Positions 60,948 through 64,000 of a stretch of 64,000 nucleotides of DNA are shown piece after piece. How positions within the stretch are numbered: the first letter of the stretch is position 1; each line of letters begins with the position of its first letter. The position numbers were made by a program, and so were the translations under genes. The notes beneath the pieces were generated by a model. It saw only the letters and a list, made by a program, of their open reading frames with translations, made no database searches and had not been told where the DNA came from. This DNA comes from an uncultured Alphaproteobacteria bacterium (GTDB lineage Bacteria > Pseudomonadota > Alphaproteobacteria > Rhizobiales > Hyphomicrobiaceae): positions 2,093-66,092 of the forward strand of contig CAVRWL010000004.1 in NCBI GenBank assembly GCA_963724945.1, given 5' to 3'.

Positions 60948-63038
60948 ATGCTCAACCGCCCAAGACAGCGCACTTGGTCGATCCAGGCGCACTTCCTGCT
61001 CTACAGCCTCGCCCTCCTGGTGCCGGCGCTGATCTTCAGCGGCTTGATGATCCTGCGGTCCGCCTCCTTGGAGCGGGCGACGATGGAGCTCGAGACAACC
61101 GACGTGGTGAGGACCGTCGCCATCGCCATCGATCGCGAGCTCGCGGCCATGACGACGACGCTCAAGGCGCTCGCCTCCTCTCCGTCACTCGCCGAAGGCG
61201 ACCTCGAGGCGTTCCATCGCCAGACCATGGCGGCACAGGAGGTCGGCGGCGATCACTTCTTCCTGACGAGCCGGACGGGCAAGCAGCTGGACAATACGCG
61301 CGTCTCCTGGGGCAGCCCCTTGCCGCCCGTCTCGGCCAACGATTGGAAGGAGGTCGTGGACACCGGCAAGCCGCAGGTATCCAACATCTACCAGGGCATC
61401 CTCGCCAAAGGGCCGGTCTTCAGCGTCAGCGTGCCGGTCCAAAAGCGGGGAAGGACCGTATATGTCTTGAGCGCCTCGATCTCTCCCGAGCGCATCCTTG
61501 AAATCCTGAAAAGCGAGAAGCTCGACGAGGGCTGGGTCGCCACCGTGACGGATCGCGCCGGCGTCGTCATCGCCCGATCCAAAGACTCAAACGCGTACGT
61601 CGGTCGCGCGGTCGACAATCAGCCCTTGCAAGGCGAGCCGATGCGACCGGGGCTGTGGCGCACGACGGACGCGGACGGAGCGCAGGTGCTGCGCGCCACG
61701 ACCTACTCGCAACAGTCGGGTTGGCTCATCTCGACGACGGTCCCTCTGGCGATCGCCAATCGGCCGATTATCCATTCCTGGGTGCTCGTGGTTACGCTCG
61801 CCCTGAGCTTCACGCTACTCTCCGCGCTGCTCGCCGTCGTCTTCGGCCGCAGGATCTCCCGTCCCGTGCGGCAGCTCGCACAAGGCGCGCGCGCGCTCGG
61901 TCGTGGCGAGGAAATTGCGCCGATCGAGTCCTCCATTCGCGAGGTGCAGGCCGTCGGCGCGGCCTTAGCACGCGCCTCGGAGACGCGGCGTTACATGGAG
62001 CACTCGCTGCGCGAAAGCGAGGATCGCCTGCGTCTTGCGCTTGCCTCCGCCGACACTGGCACGTGGGACTGGGATCTCACGACCGGCGCGTTCGCGTGGG
62101 ATGCCCGTATGCGCGCGTTGTGGGGGCTCGGTGCGGACGACCCGGTCACGTACGATACCTTCATCTCGGCAATCCACCCTCGCGACCGTCAATCGACGCT
62201 TTCCGCCATCAAGAGGGCGCAAGAGCCCGGCGGTCCCATCGAGTACGACGTTGAGCACAGGGTGAGAGGAGCTCACGACGGTGTGGAGCGGTGGGTCGCG
62301 GTGAAAGGCAAGGCGCATTTCGCCGATGACGCGCCCGTGCGTATGACCGGCACCGCGCGCGACATCACCGCGTATAAGAATTGGGAGGAGCACACCAACC
62401 TCCTGATGCGCGAGGTTACGCACCGCTCCAAGAATTTGCTCGCCGTGATCCAAGCGATGGCGCGCCAGAGCAAGGTCGGAAGCAAGACGGTCGCCGAGTT
62501 CGAGGTGCGCTTCTCCGGCAGGCTGCAGGCGCTTGCTGCATCCCATGATCTTCTGGTGCAGCGCGACTGGCACGGCGTCTCCATCGTCGATCTCGTCAAA
62601 TCGCAGCTCGGGCATTATCTCGACGCGCACGCGAGCCAGATCGAGATCGCGGGCGAGGAGATGATCGTGACGCCGGAGGCGGCGCAGAACATCGGCCTCG
62701 CGGTGCATGAGCTTTCGACGAACGCGGCAAAGTACGGCGCGCTGTCCGTGCCGCAGGGCCGCGTGGAGGTCCACTGGACATGCGCCGGCAACGGGTCCGA
62801 AGGGCCTCGATTTCAGATGGTGTGGATCGAGCACGACGGCCCCAAGGTCGCGCCGCCCTCGCACAAAGGCTTCGGCCAGGTCGTCATGGAACAGCTCGTC
62901 GCACGCGCCCTGCGCGGCGAGGCGACGCTGGATTTCAGGGCCGAGGGTGTCCGTTGGGCGCTCGATATCCCGACAAGCCATATTCTCTGGAGCGGTTCGA
63001 GCGCGGGCGAGCCGACAGACGCACCGATCACGCCCTGA
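60948..63038 (+). CDS. membrane HWE histidine kinase (Cache-like sensor, HAMP, PAS)
   Basis: Two TMs flanking a periplasmic domain, HAMP, PAS, REVTHRSKN, HELSTNAAKYG, WIE. Confidence 0.93.
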   Translation: MLNRPRQRTWSIQAHFLLYSLALLVPALIFSGLMILRSASLERATMELETTDVVRTVAIAIDRELAAMTTTLKALASSPSLAEGDLEAFHRQTMAAQEVGGDHFFLTSRTGKQLDNTRVSWGSPLPPVSANDWKEVVDTGKPQVSNIYQGILAKGPVFSVSVPVQKRGRTVYVLSASISPERILEILKSEKLDEGWVATVTDRAGVVIARSKDSNAYVGRAVDNQPLQGEPMRPGLWRTTDADGAQVLRATTYSQQSGWLISTTVPLAIANRPIIHSWVLVVTLALSFTLLSALLAVVFGRRISRPVRQLAQGARALGRGEEIAPIESSIREVQAVGAALARASETRRYMEHSLRESEDRLRLALASADTGTWDWDLTTGAFAWDARMRALWGLGADDPVTYDTFISAIHPRDRQSTLSAIKRAQEPGGPIEYDVEHRVRGAHDGVERWVAVKGKAHFADDAPVRMTGTARDITAYKNWEEHTNLLMREVTHRSKNLLAVIQAMARQSKVGSKTVAEFEVRFSGRLQALAASHDLLVQRDWHGVSIVDLVKSQLGHYLDAHASQIEIAGEEMIVTPEAAQNIGLAVHELSTNAAKYGALSVPQGRVEVHWTCAGNGSEGPRFQMVWIEHDGPKVAPPSHKGFGQVVMEQLVARALRGEATLDFRAEGVRWALDIPTSHILWSGSSAGEPTDAPITP

Positions 63039-63112
63039 CAAAGCGCCATGAAACTTTTCGGGCAAATTTGGGTTGAGCGTTCAAATGACGATCAGCACCG
63101 GGACTTTGCAAC

Positions 63113-63340
63113 GTGCCAACGAGGAAAACGAAAGAACTCATTAAGACCCTGGGGCGGCAACTGCGGGACCGTGCGCCCGTTGCAGGGACGGAGCTGCCCG
63201 AGATCATCGAAGTCCGCATGGCGCAGCTCAAGCGCATCGAATGGGAGCGCGCTCACGCGGAACCGCGAGCCGCACACGAAAACGATGGACCCGGCGCAGA
63301 CGCACAACCCGTCTCGACGGATACCTCCATACCCGAATGA
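63113..63340 (+). CDS. possible divergent NepR-like protein
   Basis: LGRQLRDRAPVAGTELPEIIEVRMAQLKR aligns by eye with the NepR core; TGAAAC-N16-GGTT upstream (63049-63074). Confidence 0.5.
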   Translation: MPTRKTKELIKTLGRQLRDRAPVAGTELPEIIEVRMAQLKRIEWERAHAEPRAAHENDGPGADAQPVSTDTSIPE

Positions 63341-63529
63341 GCTCGGCGCGCCACTGATTTCGGGCCTTTCACCATTCTCGCGTGTCGCGCGCACCACGGC
63401 CCCCACGCCCGATTTGGGGCCCATCACGAGCCGGCGAGCGCGCAAGAAGCCACTACCGCAAATTCCAATTGGCAATATATAGTTGGGGGGTTGAGATCGT
63501 CTTTTCCGAGCATCGACGTGGAGAACGCC

Positions 63530-63727
63530 ATGGGTGCGATCATGATCCGCTGCCCGACGACGCAGCAGCTGGTTCCGGTCGGCATCGACACGGACAAGGA
63601 CAGCTTCAACAGTCTGCCGAACGTTGCAGCAACGCCGGTGCGCTGCCCCCATTGCGGGCAAGAGCATGCCTGGTCGAAGGCCGACGCCGTGCTCGATACG
63701 ACGGGCCGGCCGGCGCGGCGAAGCTGA
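63530..63727 (+). CDS. small putative Zn-binding protein
   Basis: RBS GGAGA; IRCPTT...CPHCGQEHAW. Confidence 0.75.
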   Translation: MGAIMIRCPTTQQLVPVGIDTDKDSFNSLPNVAATPVRCPHCGQEHAWSKADAVLDTTGRPARRS

Positions 63728-63827
63728 CAGGGCACGCCAAGAACACGGCATGATTGTCAACGCGACGCGGGCCATGCACGGCCCGCGCTCGACGCTTTGC
63801 GCCGCCACGACTAACGGCGGCGACACG

Positions 63828-63852
63828 GGAACCGCGTCCTCGCGAGATCGTT
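63828..63852 (+). promoter_or_regulatory. EcfG promoter
   Basis: GGAAC-N16-CGTT. Confidence 0.8.
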
Positions 63853-63918
63853 CTTGAGGGCAGTTGCCCGAAGCGGGCAGCGAGACTTGAAGTCAGCAAC
63901 AAAAGGAAAGTGCTCATC

Positions 63919-64000
63919 ATGAAGACGTTCCTCACAACGGCATCGGTCGTTGCTCTGATGGCCGGTCCGGCCATCGCGCAGAACACCACCATGCCGAAGA
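63919..64000 (+). CDS. secreted protein, N-terminus only (runs off the window)
   Basis: RBS AAGGAAAG; signal peptide MKTFLTTASVVALMAGPAIA. Confidence 0.7.
   Translation, partial: MKTFLTTASVVALMAGPAIAQNTTMPK

Noticed and set aside
56070-63038. LOV photoreceptor domain in the HWE kinases
   Set aside because: No GxNCRFLQ motif in either protein

Overview
High-GC alphaproteobacterial chromosomal window. The gene content and order suggest Hyphomicrobiales, probably Hyphomicrobiaceae-like (inference). From left to right: (1) an intact DUF6538-type tyrosine integrase at the 3' end of tRNA-Glu(CTC), with no visible second att site; (2) a housekeeping block (RluD-type synthase, rpoH, amiC, moaE-moaD-pgsA, uvrC, groES-groEL with CIRCE); (3) a LysR regulator plus the NAD-dependent Mo formate dehydrogenase operon fdsGBACD; (4) an uncharacterised operon of a membrane metallophosphoesterase, a GMC oxidase and a GMC oxidase/Cys-hydrolase fusion; (5) small cargo genes, tRNA-Gln(TTG) and an AcpA-type acid phosphatase; (6) a DUF2478 + YqeB-like gene pair behind a ModE-like operator; (7) a compact cold-adaptation-like island (rpsU, several tiny conserved genes, an orphan lpxD, cspA, DEAD-box helicase, fatty-acid desaturase); (8) a Tat-exported oxalate decarboxylase; (9) the general stress response locus (phyR, ecfG, nepR, two HWE kinases, csbD, DUF1328, several EcfG promoters and a possible second NepR). 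Many single-base indels cluster between about 22 and 46 kb (groES, fdsB, fdsA, the GMC operon and others). These most likely reflect long-read consensus error rather than pseudogenisation. No CRISPR array, rRNA or IS transposase was seen. All family assignments come from motif recognition by eye; no database search was run.
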